From the human T2T-CHM13v2.0 reference genome, Homo sapiens, in assembly GCF_009914755.1 (NCBI RefSeq), contig NC_060925.1: 64,000 nt of DNA; one strand, given 5' to 3'. The notes beneath the pieces were generated by a model, which was not told where the DNA came from, ran no database searches, and was given only the letters and a program-made list of their open reading frames with translations. Positions 1 to 15,301 of the stretch are shown piece after piece. Numbering within the stretch: the first letter of the stretch is position 1; every line of letters starts with the position of its first letter. The position numbers were made by a program, and so were the translations under genes.

Positions 1-116
1 TAGAGATGGGGTTTCACCGTGTTAGCCAGGATGGCCTCGATCTCCTGACCTCATGATCCGCCCGCCTCAGCCTCCCAAAGTGCTGGGATTACAGGCGTGA
101 GCCACCGCGCCTGGCC
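1..116 (-). mobile_element. Alu (AluY-like), partial at window edge
   Basis: Antisense Alu left arm with gttagccaggatgg diagnostic. Confidence 0.9.
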
Positions 117-439
117 TACGAGGATTTTATTAGAAAGAGAATTGTTGCATATTGTTTTGAAAGAAAAGTCATTGGTACTTGCAAAGTTTTTAGAAGCTGG
201 CAAGCTCTGATTGGTGAATGACAGTGGTAGATAAAACTGGTCTTAAGGTTTTAGCAGGTTATTTTGGCAGCTAGCTTGCAGTATAATTTCTGGGTTGGTG
301 CTTTGTGCCCTGAGTGCTTTTCTTTTCCTCTTGTCTTGATTCTACTTGGGTATGACAAGATAGCTCCAATTCATATAATCAGTTTTTCACACATGTATTT
401 GGTGACATGACCAAACTTATTTATATAAGTTTTATTAGG

Positions 440-755
<316 letters not shown>

Positions 756-1075
756 GTTTTAATAGTTTTTTAAAAATTTCTTTGGGATTTTCTACATATA
801 GGATTGTTTTGTGTGTGAATGATAACAGTTTTACTTATCTTCCAATCTTTTTTATTTGTTTATTCCTATTTGTTTTTTGTTTTTTTATTTGTTTATTCCT
901 TATTGCACTGGCTAGAACCTCTAGTACAATGTTGAATAGAAGTGGTAGAAGCCAACATACTTGCCTTGTTCCTCCTCTTAGGGAGAAAAGCATTCAGTCT
1001 TGTTGTCAAATATGTCTTCTGCATCTATTGAGATGGTTGTGTAGTTTTTGTCCTTTATTCTTGTAATATATTGTA
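756..1075 (-). mobile_element. Old L1M ORF2 fragment
   Basis: Antisense L1 RT-region text (ctagtacaatgttgaatagaagtggt). Confidence 0.7.
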
Positions 1076-1084
1076 ACACAATTA

Positions 1085-1320
1085 TGAAGAAGTGTTTGGA
1101 GAGTAATACATTCGCTACTAGAACAGTTTAGGTTTGCTTTTGTTAAGGTGCGAGAAGTTTTACCCACCATTGCTTTTATAACATCAGTGCAAATGCCAAC
1201 CCAGTGAATAAGGTAAATGATGTCTCAATATTCCTGTGAAAATAGTTTTGACTTTGCTGTCCTCCTGAAAGAGTCTCAGGGACCCCAAGAGGTTTGCCAA
1301 CCATACTTTGAGAATCACTG
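1085..1320 (-). mobile_element. hAT-Charlie DNA transposon end
   Basis: Ends in ccatactttgagaatcactg, a Charlie-type terminal sequence. Confidence 0.6.
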
Positions 1321-1629
1321 TCCAGCTTGATTGTAGTGGGTTTCTTTTTTTTTTTTTTTAACTGAACCAGCTCAAGTTTTACAGAATTAAAACATGTATG
1401 TTTATAAAGGATATGGAACTGTAATTTTCTTAGACTGTTGCTATCTGGCTTTGAATCAAAATTACAGTAATGTTGTAAATTAACTTAAGCAGCTTTTTCT
1501 TTTATTCTATTTTCCAGCACTTTATAAGACAAAGACCACTTGTTTGAAAGTTTTTTAGTTTTCTTCAGTAAAGCTACCTGTGGTGATGAGGACATGGAGA
1601 TGCATAATAGAGTTTTACACTTGGCAACA

Positions 1630-2152
1630 TGTATTCATGTGGGAAAACTCAGTGATGAGTAACTCAAAGAGGTGCTGAGAATTCGGTGCTTGTACACCAT
1701 TTCATTTATTTTTTATTTATTTTTTAACTTTTAGGTTTGGGGTACATATGCAGGTTTGTTATATAGGTAAATTGCATGTTATGGGGGTATTATATACCAT
1801 TTTAACAAAGGATGATTAATTGTGAAGTAACTAGACAAAGGCTTGGGCTGCTAGGGGCAGTAAATTGTGTGAAGGTGACTAGGAAATGTTTGGTAAATAA
1901 GGGTTTAGTAACACTTGTCATGTAGATTCAAGTCACTGCTGTCTCTAGTGATAAGAATGATCTCCAGTGATTAAGAATCTTCCTGGTACATGAGATAGAA
2001 CACCTTTACAAATGCAAATTTATATTACTTTTACAAAAGGGAAATTTATACCTTACTTTTAGGCAGAAAGGGGGAAGGCAGAGAGTTTGTTGCTTCTTAG
2101 TGTCTTTAGCCAAAGTGGCATACTTTAGGATAACATTTCCTGGTCCCCTTTA
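1630..2152 (-). mobile_element. ERV1-type solo LTR (MER34/MER39-like) containing a tiny L1 3'-end insertion
   Basis: LTR-like end gccaaagtggcatactttaggataacatttcctggtcccctt; subfamily from recall. Confidence 0.55.
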
Positions 2153-2556
2153 GAAGAATAATACAAGATTCAGTGTCAGTGTATGGAAGCCAATCAATCC
2201 CCAATTCTGTCCTGGAGAACACAGGGAAGGCTTCAGAGAGAAGGAAATTTGAGCTGAGAAGTGAAAAATTAACATGTATTAGGTATACATTTGGGATAAG
2301 GGTATTTAAGTTGAAACAGTAGCATATGCAAGAGAATAGAGACATAATGGTATGGCCTTGTTTACTACTGGATGTAAAGTGTGTGCATGGTAGATTCTTG
2401 GAGGCATGATGATGGGTGGGACAAATTAGCAGGGGGCTATACCATGAAGAGTCTTGATTGTCATGCTCATCACTAATTTGGATATTTATTTATTTATTTG
2501 GCCATAGCAGTTGGAGGATTTTGAACAGGAGATTTATGTGATCATCTGATAGTTTG

Positions 2557-3295
<739 letters not shown>

Positions 3296-4206
3296 GTCTT
3301 CTTTAAACATGCCACTATAGCTTGGATTTGAGCCATGATTGTACCAACTAAAATGCACAATAATTACTGCCATCATATTCTCCTACCTAGGTAATATCAC
3401 TTCCTTTCTTGTACTCTTTACATACGTGTAAGCCACCCACATTTTAAATTTAATTTTTATTTTGTCAAAGAAATATGTGGACATAATTTCAAAAGTCTGT
3501 TAGTTCTTTAAAGCTAATAAAGGGATTTTGAAATTCCCTTACCCCATTCCTACCATCCTTGATTTTTATTTATTGAAACCAACTACTTTAAATTTTTTTA
3601 TCTATTTCAGTGTCAAATTAATACAACTTAATATTATTTCTAATAAAGTCATTGTGCATTATGATTATGTCTGTTTTCTTTTGCAACTTTTTGTTTTCCT
3701 GAGGGTAATAATGGTCTCACTTTTGCATTGCTTTATATTCTATGTAGCAATCATTTATTCACCCCAAATTTTCTATCAGAGCTCCAAAATGTTTTTCAGT
3801 ATATTACATTAGATGATTTAATCTCCTAATTTAATCTTCTCCCCCACCATACTCCATCCTTCCAGAAACATTTCTTCTAGAGCCTTCTCGTCTTCTCCTC
3901 CAACTCAGAGTGATTATTTTCTAGTCCCCTTGCATATTTATTTGCCATCATGGTATTTCCAGTATCTCTCTCTACTGTGGGTTCTGAATTCCTCAGATCT
4001 TCTGCCTTCCTCTTGGAAGCCTCCTGTCCTTCTGTGCCACGACTGCCTGTGCCAAAATATGTTGTGAGTTCTCTTCTTCACATATCTAAGTCTCTTCAGC
4101 TATGAGCCTCTGAAGGCCAAGGATTGAGTATACTTGCACCTTTTTGAGTATTTTAAGTGCCTGACATAGAACCTTGCAATTAGCTGTCATTAAAAAATGA
4201 CTGTGG

Positions 4207-4503
4207 ACCAGGTGTGGTGGCTCCTGCCACAAGCCTTTGTAATGCCCAGCATTTAGGGAGACTGAGGCAGGAGGGTCACTTGAGCCCAGCAGTTCATAAC
4301 CAGCCTGGGCAACATAGTGAGATCTTGTCTCTATGAAATAATAAACAAAATTTAGCCAGGTGTGGTGGTGTGCACTTATTCCCAGCTGCTCAGGAGGCTG
4401 TGGTTGGAGGATCACTTAATCCTGGGAGGTCAAGTCTATAGTGGACTGAGATTGCACCACTGCAATCCAGCCTAGGTGACAGAGTGAAACCCTATCTCAA
4501 AAA
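4207..4503 (+). mobile_element. AluJ
   Basis: Diverged dimeric Alu. Confidence 0.85.
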
Positions 4504-4818
4504 GACTGTGTTTTCTGATCATGGCATGTGACAAATAATACAAATGAAATAAAAAATAAAAAATTGAGGGTAAAAGAAAAAACAGAATAATAAAAAGATA
4601 AAACAACAACCATAAAAATGACCATGATGATACTGGTCTATTGAAAGTGGGGGGCCTGGTCCTTATGTAGCGTCTCTACCCATGGCTGCCTCGTAGAAAC
4701 TAACTGTGTTCTAATCTTTTCTGCTATGGAAATTTGGGCACAGGCCAGACAGCTGGGCAATTTATTGAGGAAGGAGGTAGAAAAGAAGGATTGTTACTAA
4801 TACAGGATGGGTTTAATC

Positions 4819-4892
4819 TGTATTAGTAGCAGATTAAACTGTGTATTAAGTAACAGATTAAAGTATGTATTAGTAACACTTAAACTATGTAT
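4819..4892. repeat. Degenerate minisatellite, 22-24-bp unit x ~3.2
   Basis: tgtattagtagcagattaaactg / tgtattaagtaacagattaaagta / tgtattagtaacacttaaacta. Confidence 0.8.
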
Positions 4893-6399
4893 GTATTGGG
4901 CCAAAATACATAGTAATTACAGGACATTTTGCATTTCCTGTCAACCACTAGCTCTCAAAGCTACTGGTCTAGAAATGTAACCTGTGAGTGGGCTTATAAT
5001 TTGGAGCTTCCAGAGAAATCCAGAGGCCATGGGAACTAGTAAAGACAAACCAAATATACCACAACTTCCCAGACACTATGTTATCAGGGCAGTCTATACT
5101 AGTTCCAAGGCCCATGTTTGTGGATGGCCTCAGTAGTGGAAGTGTACTCCATTCAGAGAAAAAAATCTATAGTCTCACTGGCTGCTTTCCTTTGATTACC
5201 AAGAGATGTACTGCTTTAAGAATACATTACAAAACCATTACCTCCCTTTCCTTAATTCTCCAGTCTCTCCCATTCATTAATTCTCCAAATAATAAACATG
5301 TATCAGGCACTGTCCTGGACACTGGAAATATAGGCATGCCTAGAATACCCAGAATCTGAGGCAGTGCCCAGTCTAGGGTTTTTAAATTTTTCTCCTATCT
5401 CTTTTACCAGGTTGATTCCATTAGAACTGTGTGAATGTCAACTGCAAATAATCAAAGACAGAATTATCTTGTTTTCTTGGTGGTGGGGAGATTTACTAAG
5501 GTGTGGTGGAAAATCCTATCCTCATCTTGAGACTGGGGATGGAGACAAGTTGCCTGTCATGAAGGGAACTTGCTACTACGTCACATAAATTATTCCAGGG
5601 CAGAAGATTGTACTGGCTTATATTTGGCCAATTTCCTCCCTCTCTTTATGTCTTTTCTTTAAAACCCTTGATTCCTTCCAAGTGTTCTTAGTCTATTAAA
5701 TTCATGATATCTTGGGCTTGGCATTCCAGGTTTAGACCTGTATTTGTTTCTTTTCCCTGTAAGTTGTAACTGTTGCAGGAACATGTAGCAGAGATGTTTA
5801 GATTTGGCTGGTATAATCTGCCTGGGACTGAATTATGCTTCCTTTGCATTGCTGGTGGTCTTTTCTGCTATAAGATATAGTGAAAGGATTCAGGATTGTT
5901 CAGTGTAGAGATAATCTGTACCTCTTTATTTTTTGTCTGGCTCAAGATAGCGCTCTCTTTATTGTGTCCTGATATAGGGTTGATAGTCACAATAGTAGTC
6001 AAGGTGGTCACGACTAAAGACTTTGGTGGGAGCATACTGTTTCCTTAGTCTCTGTCATAGCAGACCTGCTCCCCAATATTTGTGCCTACGTCAGAGTTTT
6101 GCACCAGTCCCTAGGGTACTTATTGCTGTCCTCTCGTCCATGAAGTTAGGCCACATAAAATGCCCTTGATTTTCTGGATACTTGACTTTTAGATCATTTG
6201 AGGATGAAGCACCACACTAAGAAAGTCCGAGGGCAAAGAAAATTCAAGTTAGATTAGGCCTTCAAATAATGTTATTATTTTATCTTGACTTAGGGAAAGC
6301 TATGTAGCATTTCTTAGCCTTCAGTTCCTTGTCCAAATAAAGGGATAATAATAGTCGCTGCTTCATAGGGTGTGAGATACTACATGTAATGCTTTAAAC

Positions 6400-6637
6400 C
6401 AGGGTTGTTAGTTTTACAAGCCAATCTTTTGGCTTCCCTCTGCCACATAGGAAGAATTGTCTTGGGCCACACACAGAATACACTAATGATAGCTGATGAG
6501 CTTTAAAAAAAAAAAAAAAAAAAAAAAAACCCAAACACCTCATAATGTTTTAAGAAAATTTCCAAATTTGTATTGAGCCACATTCAAAGCTGTCCTGGAC
6601 TGCATGTGGCCTGTGGGCTGCCAGTTGGACAAGTTAG
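6400..6637 (+). mobile_element. MER30 (hAT-Charlie MITE) inserted in a MIR
   Basis: MER30 text ccaatcttttggcttccct...ttggacaag; perfect 8-bp TSD ctttaaac at 6392-6399 and 6638-6645. Confidence 0.88.
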
Positions 6638-6873
6638 CTTTAAACCAAGCCCAGTGAGCTCTTAGTAATTGTTAGATATTATCATTGTTGTTTTAAATGC
6701 ATAGCTGATTTCAGCAGAACATGAGGAAAACCCTGAGGGACCCAAATCAGAGAGAGAAAACAACACCTAATCAATAAGAGTAGAAGTGCTAGCCAGAGCA
6801 GTAGGCAAGAGAAAGAAATAAAGGGTACCCAAATAGAAAGAGAGGAAGTCAAACTACCCTTGTTTGCAGATGA

Positions 6874-7213
<340 letters not shown>

Positions 7214-7623
7214 CCAAAAGCTTCTTAAGCTGATAAACAACTTCAGCAAAGTTTCAGGATACAAAATCAATCACTAGCAGAAAGCACTAGCATTCCTATC
7301 CGCCAACAGCAGCCAGGGAGAGAGCCAAATCAGGAAGGCAGTCCCATTTACAATTGCCACAAAAAGAATAAAATACCTAGGAATACAGCTAACCAGAGAC
7401 GTGAAAGATCTCTACAATGAGAATTGCAAAACACTGCTCAAAGAAATCGGAGAGGACACAAACAAATGGAAAAACATACCATGCTCATGGATAGGAAGAA
7501 TCAATATCATTAAAATGATCATATTGCCTGAAGCAATTTATAGATTGAATGCTATTTCTATCAAACTACCAAGAGTATTCTTCACAGAACTAGAAAAATT
7601 ATTTAAAAAATTATATGGAACCG

Positions 7624-7930
<307 letters not shown>

Positions 7931-9996
7931 TCATATGGAACAAGAAAAGAGCCCAAATCGCCAAGGCAATCCTAAGCAAAGAGAACAAAGCTGACTTCAA
8001 ACTATACTACAGGGCTACAGTAATTAAAACAGCATGGTGCTGGTACAAAAACAGGGACATAAACCAATAGAACAGAACAGAGAGCCTATTTTAAAAATCA
8101 GGGGTTTTAAAATCGTAGGCCACACACCTATGATAACCTGATCTTTGACAAAGCTGACAAAAACAAGCAATGGGGAAAAGACTCCCTATTCAGTAAGTGG
8201 TTCTGGGATAACTGGCTAGCCATAAGCAGAAGACTGAAGCTACATAGTACCCCTCCTTTACATCATATACAAAAATCAACTCAAGATGCGTTAAAGACTT
8301 AAACGTAAAACTATGAAAACCCTGGAAGACAACCTAAGCAGTACCATCCTGGACACAGGAATGGGCAGATTTCATGACAAAGACACCAAAAGCGATCGCA
8401 ACAAAAGCAAAAATGGACAAGTTTAATTAAACTTAAGAGGTTCTGCACAACAAAAGAAACTATCAACAGAGTAAACAGACAACCTACAGAATAGGAAAAA
8501 ATATTTGCAATCTGCATCTGACAAAGGTCTAATATTCAGCATCTATAAGGAACTTAAACAAATTTACAGGAGAAAAACAACCCCATTAAAAAGTGGGCAA
8601 AGGACGTGAACAGATACTTTTCAAAAGAAGGCATACATGCGACCAACAAGCATAAGAAAAAAAGCTCAATATCACCGAGCATTAGAGAACTGCAAATCAA
8701 AACCACAATGAGATCTATCATTTCACACCAGTCAGAATGGCTGTTGTTAAAAGTAAAAAAATAACAGATGCTGGCAAGGTTGTGGAGGAAAGGGAACACT
8801 TACACACTGTTGGTGGGAGTGTAATTTAGTTCAACCATTGTGGAAAGCAGTATGGTGATTCCTCAAAGAGCTAAAAGCAGAAGTACCATTTGACCCAGCA
8901 ATTTCATTACTAGGTATATACCCAGAGGAATATAAATCATTCTGCCATAAAGACACATGCACACGAATGTTCATTATAGCACTATTCACATTAGCAAAGA
9001 CATGGAATCAACCTAAATGCCCATTAATGATAGATGGGATAAAGAAAATGTGGTACATATATACCATGGAATGTTATGCAGCCATAAAGAACAAGATCAT
9101 GTCTTTTGCGAGAACATGGATGGAGCTGGAGGCTACGATCCTAAGTAAACTAACCCAGGAACAGGAAACCAAATACCGCATGTTCTTACTTATAAGTGGG
9201 AGCTGAATGAAGATAACTCATGAACACAAAGAAGGGAAAACAACAGACATTGAGGTCTACTTGGGGGTGGAGAGAGAGAGGAGGGAGAGGAGCAGGAAAA
9301 GTAACTATTGGGTGCTAGGCTTAATATCTGGGTGATGAAACAACCTATACAACAAACCCCTGTGTCAGGAGTTTACCTATGTACCTGAATATGTACCCCT
9401 GAACCTAAAAAATAATAATAATAACAGTGGGAGCCAGCTTTGAAGCTTCCAAAAATGGGGTCAGGGAGGAGATGTGCTAGTCTCAATAACCTTGAGGGGA
9501 AAAAAGATGAGGTCTTGGCTTGTTTAGTGTAAGCAATTAGAATGGACACCCCCTACATACAATTAGGACCCTCAAAAGACTTCACCCTCAGTGCAGGAAT
9601 GGACTAGGAAAACCACTGGCATGTACAGATAAAAAGAACTTTCTTAATCTCATCTGGATTTTAAATAGGGCTTTTAATAAAGGAAAGACGTCTCCCTTGA
9701 AAATTTCTACCTGTAAGCCTTCACTTAACTGAAATTGGGGGTTGGAGTTTATACTCTTTGTGTGGTCTAGAAGCTGGTTCTGGGCTGGTAATAACTCTGG
9801 CTCATCTGTCAGAAACAAACTTAACACTTCTATTAAGTGACATACCCTCAAATCAGGTATCATAGGATTCTCATAAATGCAGCTTCACTGAAGGTAAGTT
9901 TGTAGTACAAAATTACAAACCAACCAACCAATCTCCCCTAAGTGAAAATCAATAGATAAAAGAAACAGTTTGGAACTTCAGAAAGTAGCATTAGAG

Positions 9997-10428
9997 GGTG
10001 GGCACAGTGGCTCACAACTTTCATCTTAATACTTTGGATGGCTGAGGCGAGTGGACTGCTTGAGCCCAGGAGTTCGAAACCAGCCTGGGCAACATGGTCA
10101 AACCCTGTCTCTACAAAAAAATACGAATGTTAGCTGAGTGTGGTGGCTCATGCCTGTAATCCCAGCACTTTAGGAGGCTGAGGTGGGAGGATCGCTTGAG
10201 CCCGGGAGTTCAAGACCAGCCTGAACAACATAGTGAAGTCTCATCTCTACTAAATTTTTTTTTTTTTAATTAGCTGGGCATGGTGGTGCATGCTTGTTTT
10301 CTCAGCTACTTGGGAGGCTGAGGTGAGGATTGCTTGTGTCAGGGAGGTCAAGGCTGCAGTGAACTGTGATTGTGCCATTGCACCCTAGCCTGGATGACAG
10401 AGTGAGAACCTGTCTCAAAAAGAAAAAC
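9997..10428 (+). mobile_element. Trimeric AluJ (left-left-right arms)
   Basis: Single TSD aaagtagcattagag / aaagtaacattagag (9982-9996, 10429-10443). Confidence 0.85.
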
Positions 10429-10496
10429 AAAGTAACATTAGAGATTAAGACTGTAAGATTAGTATATTTAAAATTATTAAGAATATAAAAGAAGGA

Positions 10497-10858
<362 letters not shown>

Positions 10859-12564
10859 TTAGAATTCGAGGAATAAAATATATGTATTGTGTTGTTGAAA
10901 TTGAAAATGCAACAGTCGTGTTAAATAATAGAGCTGTGGACAAAGTAAAATTTTTATCAAGAGTGCAAGACAGAAATGGGAAGATATAAACTATGAATGA
11001 AAGCTAAGAAATACAGAAGATATGATCAGATGGTCCAACAGAATATGGAGAAATGGGAAGAGGCAGTATTCATAGAGATAATGACTGAGACCTTCCAGAA
11101 CTGATTAGAAACAAACAAGGAACATCTTGAAGCATGGTGAGTCCCCACTATAATAAATAAAAATAAATCCCCATCTAGATACATTGCAGTACTGCAGAGC
11201 CATGAAAACAAAGAGAATATCTTAAAGAACCCTCAAGAATTCACTAAAGTAAAAGAGCTCAGCAAGAAAGTTCACTCAAGAAAATTGAAAATATATGTTC
11301 ATGCAAAAACTTGTAAACAAATGTTCACAGCAGCAGCATCTATGATAACCAAAAAGTAGTAACAACCCAAATACCTTGTCATTTTATGAAAGGATTAACA
11401 ATTGTGGCATGGAGAATTTATGCATGCCACAACATGCATGAAAACATGCTGAGTAAAAGAAGCCAAAGACTACATAATGTATGATTCAGTTTCTGTGAAA
11501 TGTCCAGAATACGTAGAGTCCACAGAGACAGTGAATCCATAGAGACAGTACGTTGGTGGTTGGTTGTGGGGAGAATGGGATGGAGAATGACTGCTAATGG
11601 GTACAAGGTTTCTTTTTGGCAATGAAAATATTCTGGAATTAGATAGTGGCAGTGCTTGCACAGCCTTGTGAATATACTAAAAATGAATGAGTTGTACATT
11701 TTAAAAGGGTGAATTTTATATTGTTGGAAATATATCTAAAAAAATAAGTTAATGGTTAAAATAAAGCAACCAGACAGAAAAAGAAAAATTAAGTACAAAG
11801 GAACAGCACTTATGCTAAGAGTAAGCTTTTCAACAGCAATAACAGGAGCCATAAGACTACAGAATAATATTTTTAAAGTATTGAGAAAAAAGTTACTCTG
11901 AACAAGACACTAGAATTATCCATACTTGCTAAATTAGCAGTGGAAGTGAGTGACCAAAAAAAGCCATTTTCAGACCATCAAAAACCAAGAGAACAAAATC
12001 TATAGAGAAGATTTATTACTATCAGATCCTCTCTGAAATAATTACTACAGGATATATTTCAGAAACAAAGAAGAAATACATGAGATCCCAAGAGGGAATG
12101 TTAAGCAGTGAAATTAGAAAATACATGAGTAAATCTAAGCAAGCAATTATTGTATAAAATAATAATTACTAATTTGGCAATGTAAAAGTAAGATAGACCT
12201 GAAATAATAGATTGTAATAATAGGTAAGTTGAAAGGGAGTGGGAGGATTGGAGTTAAAAGCGATCTAGGATCTTTTAATTTTGTTCAGAAAGAGAGTTGA
12301 GGTGCTGGTTAACTTTAGACATTGTTGAGACAAGAACACCTATTAAACCTTGAATAATAACAACTACTTTAGGACAGAAAAAAACAAAACAATATGTAAT
12401 TTCTAAACCAATAGAGCAGAGGTTAAAAAAAAAAAACTTGATTAATTCAAGGAGAGTTGCCATCAGACTTGGAGGAAAACTTTACCTTAGAGCAAAGACT
12501 TTTCTCCTAGTTCCTCTGATGCCTGCTGCCCTTGCAGGGAATTCTGACTACCTGCTTCTGTGGA

Positions 12565-13060
12565 AATACATTCATTTGTTCAATAAACACTTGTCGAAAA
12601 CCTCCTATGCCCTGTGTACTATTTCTAGGTGATTGGGATACCTCTTAGAGCTCACTCTAGAAAAGAAGAAACAGACAGTAAACATAGTTTATGTAGTATG
12701 TTAGAAGATGACAAATGCTATTGGGAAAAAAGGTAGACCAAAGGGGATTCAGGAAAACAGAAAATTGGGAAGGTGACATTAGAATAAAGCCTTGAAGGAG
12801 TGAGGGATTTTGCCATTGTGTAGTTGAAGGAAGGACATTGCAAGTAAAGGGAACAGTTAACGCTGGTCCTAGTAGCTAGAAGTGCCTGTGCAAAATTAGC
12901 AGCCTGTGGAAGGTTTTGAGCAGAGGAATGAAATAATCAGATGTGTGCTTTAAAAGAATCACTGTGGCTTGCTCATATTAAGAACAGATTAGGGTAGAAG
13001 ACAAGAGTAAACCAGAGAGACTAGTTAGGAGGGTATTGAAATCCAGGTAAGCAATAAATA
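12565..13060 (-). mobile_element. L2 3' fragment
   Basis: Starts with the cattcatttgttcaataaacac L2 terminus. Confidence 0.7.
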
Positions 13061-13149
13061 ATATATCAATAATAATATAATGGATACGTAATAATATCTC
13101 CCTTTATTGGGGAGGGAATATGTATTTTTTTCCCACTCTCACTTCCCCA

Positions 13150-14130
13150 TCTTAACCAGGACATCTTGGTTGTTACTCTGAAATATTATAGCATCTGGAA
13201 GTGCTTGACTGTAACCAGCTCCACATTCTTCTTTATATTGTTTACACTTACTGAAACAGAAGTGATCTTTTCCTCATTCTAAATTCTAAAAGGTGCCTGC
13301 CAAGTACTATCCAGTCACGGAGTGCTCAAGTTCCTAGGAGCAGCTAGACCTCTGAGATTTGGAGACTGGAGAGACCTAAGGGATCTGCAACCAGACATCT
13401 TATTCCATACCCTTTGTTGCTTCACAGTGGGAAGCAGGCTTCCTAAGTAAATTTACAGCAGCTCTTGCAGGGGTCAGATTTTCCGAGTGCCTGCTAGTTG
13501 CTGGAGGGAGGGGTTTTTGAAGGCTAGAAACGATCTACTACTCTCCAAATGTGGTTACAATTCAACATTGTCACAGAGAATGCACGATATGCCTTAGCCC
13601 TTGTTCTTGCTGTTGACTGAGATGACCATGGCGAGGTATGTAAGAAATTGAAATGCCAAGTCTCACTCCAAGTAGCCAAGTGACTGGGATGATTTAACAC
13701 CAGTCTTTGCATGAGGTAGCTCCGGGGGCTTCCAGGCTACCACCCGTCCGCTGAGAGTTAGTGTACCCAACTCTGCAGATATCCAGTACTTCATCTTACT
13801 GGAATGAAAGAATTAAGACTTGCCCTTTATCTTCTTAGGATCCTGGGGAAATGGCCAGAGCCTGTTGAAATGGAAAAATTAGCCAGTTCCTTGTTGTGGA
13901 TCTCAGCTGAGTCATGGTATCTGTAGCAGAGTGTCTGACCTTTTTTTCCCCTGGCAGCTGTTAAAGATTTGCCAAGTGAGATTATGTGTACCTTTATAAA
14001 AAGGCATGTGGCCTGGAAATACGATCTTTAGTGTTTTGGCTTTTATTTTAAATTTTAAATAAGGTTAAGGCAAATGAAGCTGGAATTAATTATCCGTCCC
14101 TGAAGTTTCAAGACATTTTCACTTTCAGAC
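13150..14130 (+). promoter_or_regulatory. Repeat-free island; candidate internal promoter/enhancer
   Basis: About 1 kb of unique sequence between L2 fragments, containing the candidate exon, an AP-1 site TGAGTCA (13908-13914) and CAGCTG E-boxes. Function is inferred only. Confidence 0.35.
13622..13635 (+). CDS. MAST2: Candidate coding part of an alternative first exon (M-T-M-A-S, spliced to 18583)
   Basis: ATGACCATGGCGAG|gtatgt: good donor, strong Kozak context on the second ATG (accATGG), phase 2 matching the next exon, in a repeat-free island. Confidence 0.5.
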
Positions 14131-14219
14131 ACAAGGATTTAGATATAACAGTTTGATTTACCTTTCATAGGCCAGGTATACATGTATCTTCTTTATTTTA
14201 ATCCTTGTAACAAATCATA

Positions 14220-15085
14220 CTCATCCATTCATTTAACAAATACTTATTGAGAGCCTACTGTGTGCCAGGCAGCGTTCTAGGTATTGAGGAGTGCAGCAGT
14301 ACACAAAGCATACAAAAGCCCCTGCCCTCATACAGTTTAATTTCTGATGAGAAGAGAGACAACAAAATGAATGTGCAAAATATATACCATCATATATATA
14401 TTGGGGATTAGTTCCAGGACCCACACGGATACCAAAATCTGCAGATGCCCAAGTCTCTTATATAAAAGAGCATACATAATATTCGCATATAACCTATACA
14501 CATCTTCCTGTATACTTTAAATCATCTCTAGATTATTTATAATATCTAATACAAAGCAAATCCCTGCAAATAGCTGTTATACTATATTTTTAAAATTTAT
14601 ATTATTTTAAAAGTTTTAAAAAATATTTTCCACCCATAGTTGGTTGAATCCATGGATGTGGAACCCACATGCTGACTGTAGTGTGTTAGATGATGATAAG
14701 TGCTAGGAGAAAAATATATCAAGAAAGGGGGATAGAGAGTTTGGGAGGGTTTGCAATTTTAAATAGAATGATCGGGGAAAATTCACCCAGAAGATTGTAC
14801 TTGAGCAAAGACCTGAAGGAAGAGGGGAGCAAGCCTTGAGGCAACCTGGGAGAAACATAGGCAAAGGAAATCCCAATTGTAAAGGCCCTGAGATGGGTGG
14901 CTCGCTTGGCATTTTCTAAGAAAGGCGAGGAGGCCGGTGTGGCTGGAGAGTGAGCAGGAGGGAGAGAGGTCATGGAGAATCCAGACCATATAATGCCTTG
15001 TAGGCCATCATCAGAACTGGCTTTTTCTCTCAGTGAGACAAGGAGAATTTTAAATGGAAGAGGGACATGATGTTGCTTACATTTT
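14220..15085 (-). mobile_element. L2 3' fragment interrupted by a MER2/Tigger MITE (~14390-14680)
   Basis: cattcatttaacaaatacttattgag L2 end; MER2 text ggggattagttccaggacc...ggaaccc...gactgta. Confidence 0.72.
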
Positions 15086-15301
15086 AAAATTTTTGTATAG
15101 TTTTATTGAGGTATGATTGGAATATAATAGATTGTATGACTGTGATAATGAACATGAAGATAATGAACAGATCTATAACTCTCAGAAGTTTCCTCATGAC
15201 TATCTATAATCCATTCCTTGCTTCTCATTGGGCAACTACTAATCTGCAGTCTGTCACTATAGATTAGTTAGCATTTTCTATAATTTTATATAAATGGAAT
15301 T

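Noticed and set aside
4819-4892. Short repeats as a CRISPR-like array
   Set aside because: Head-to-tail degenerate units without unique spacers, in a eukaryotic intron.
5795-5817. ATGTTTAGATTTGGCTG|gtataa as another phase-2 first exon
   Set aside because: Weak donor and weak start context; easily a chance match.
9866-9900. Strong donor AAG|gtaagt at 9893/9894 as a coding exon
   Set aside because: The nearest ATG frame stops before the donor (ATG CAG CTT CAC TGA) and there is no convincing acceptor; a non-coding cryptic exon cannot be excluded.
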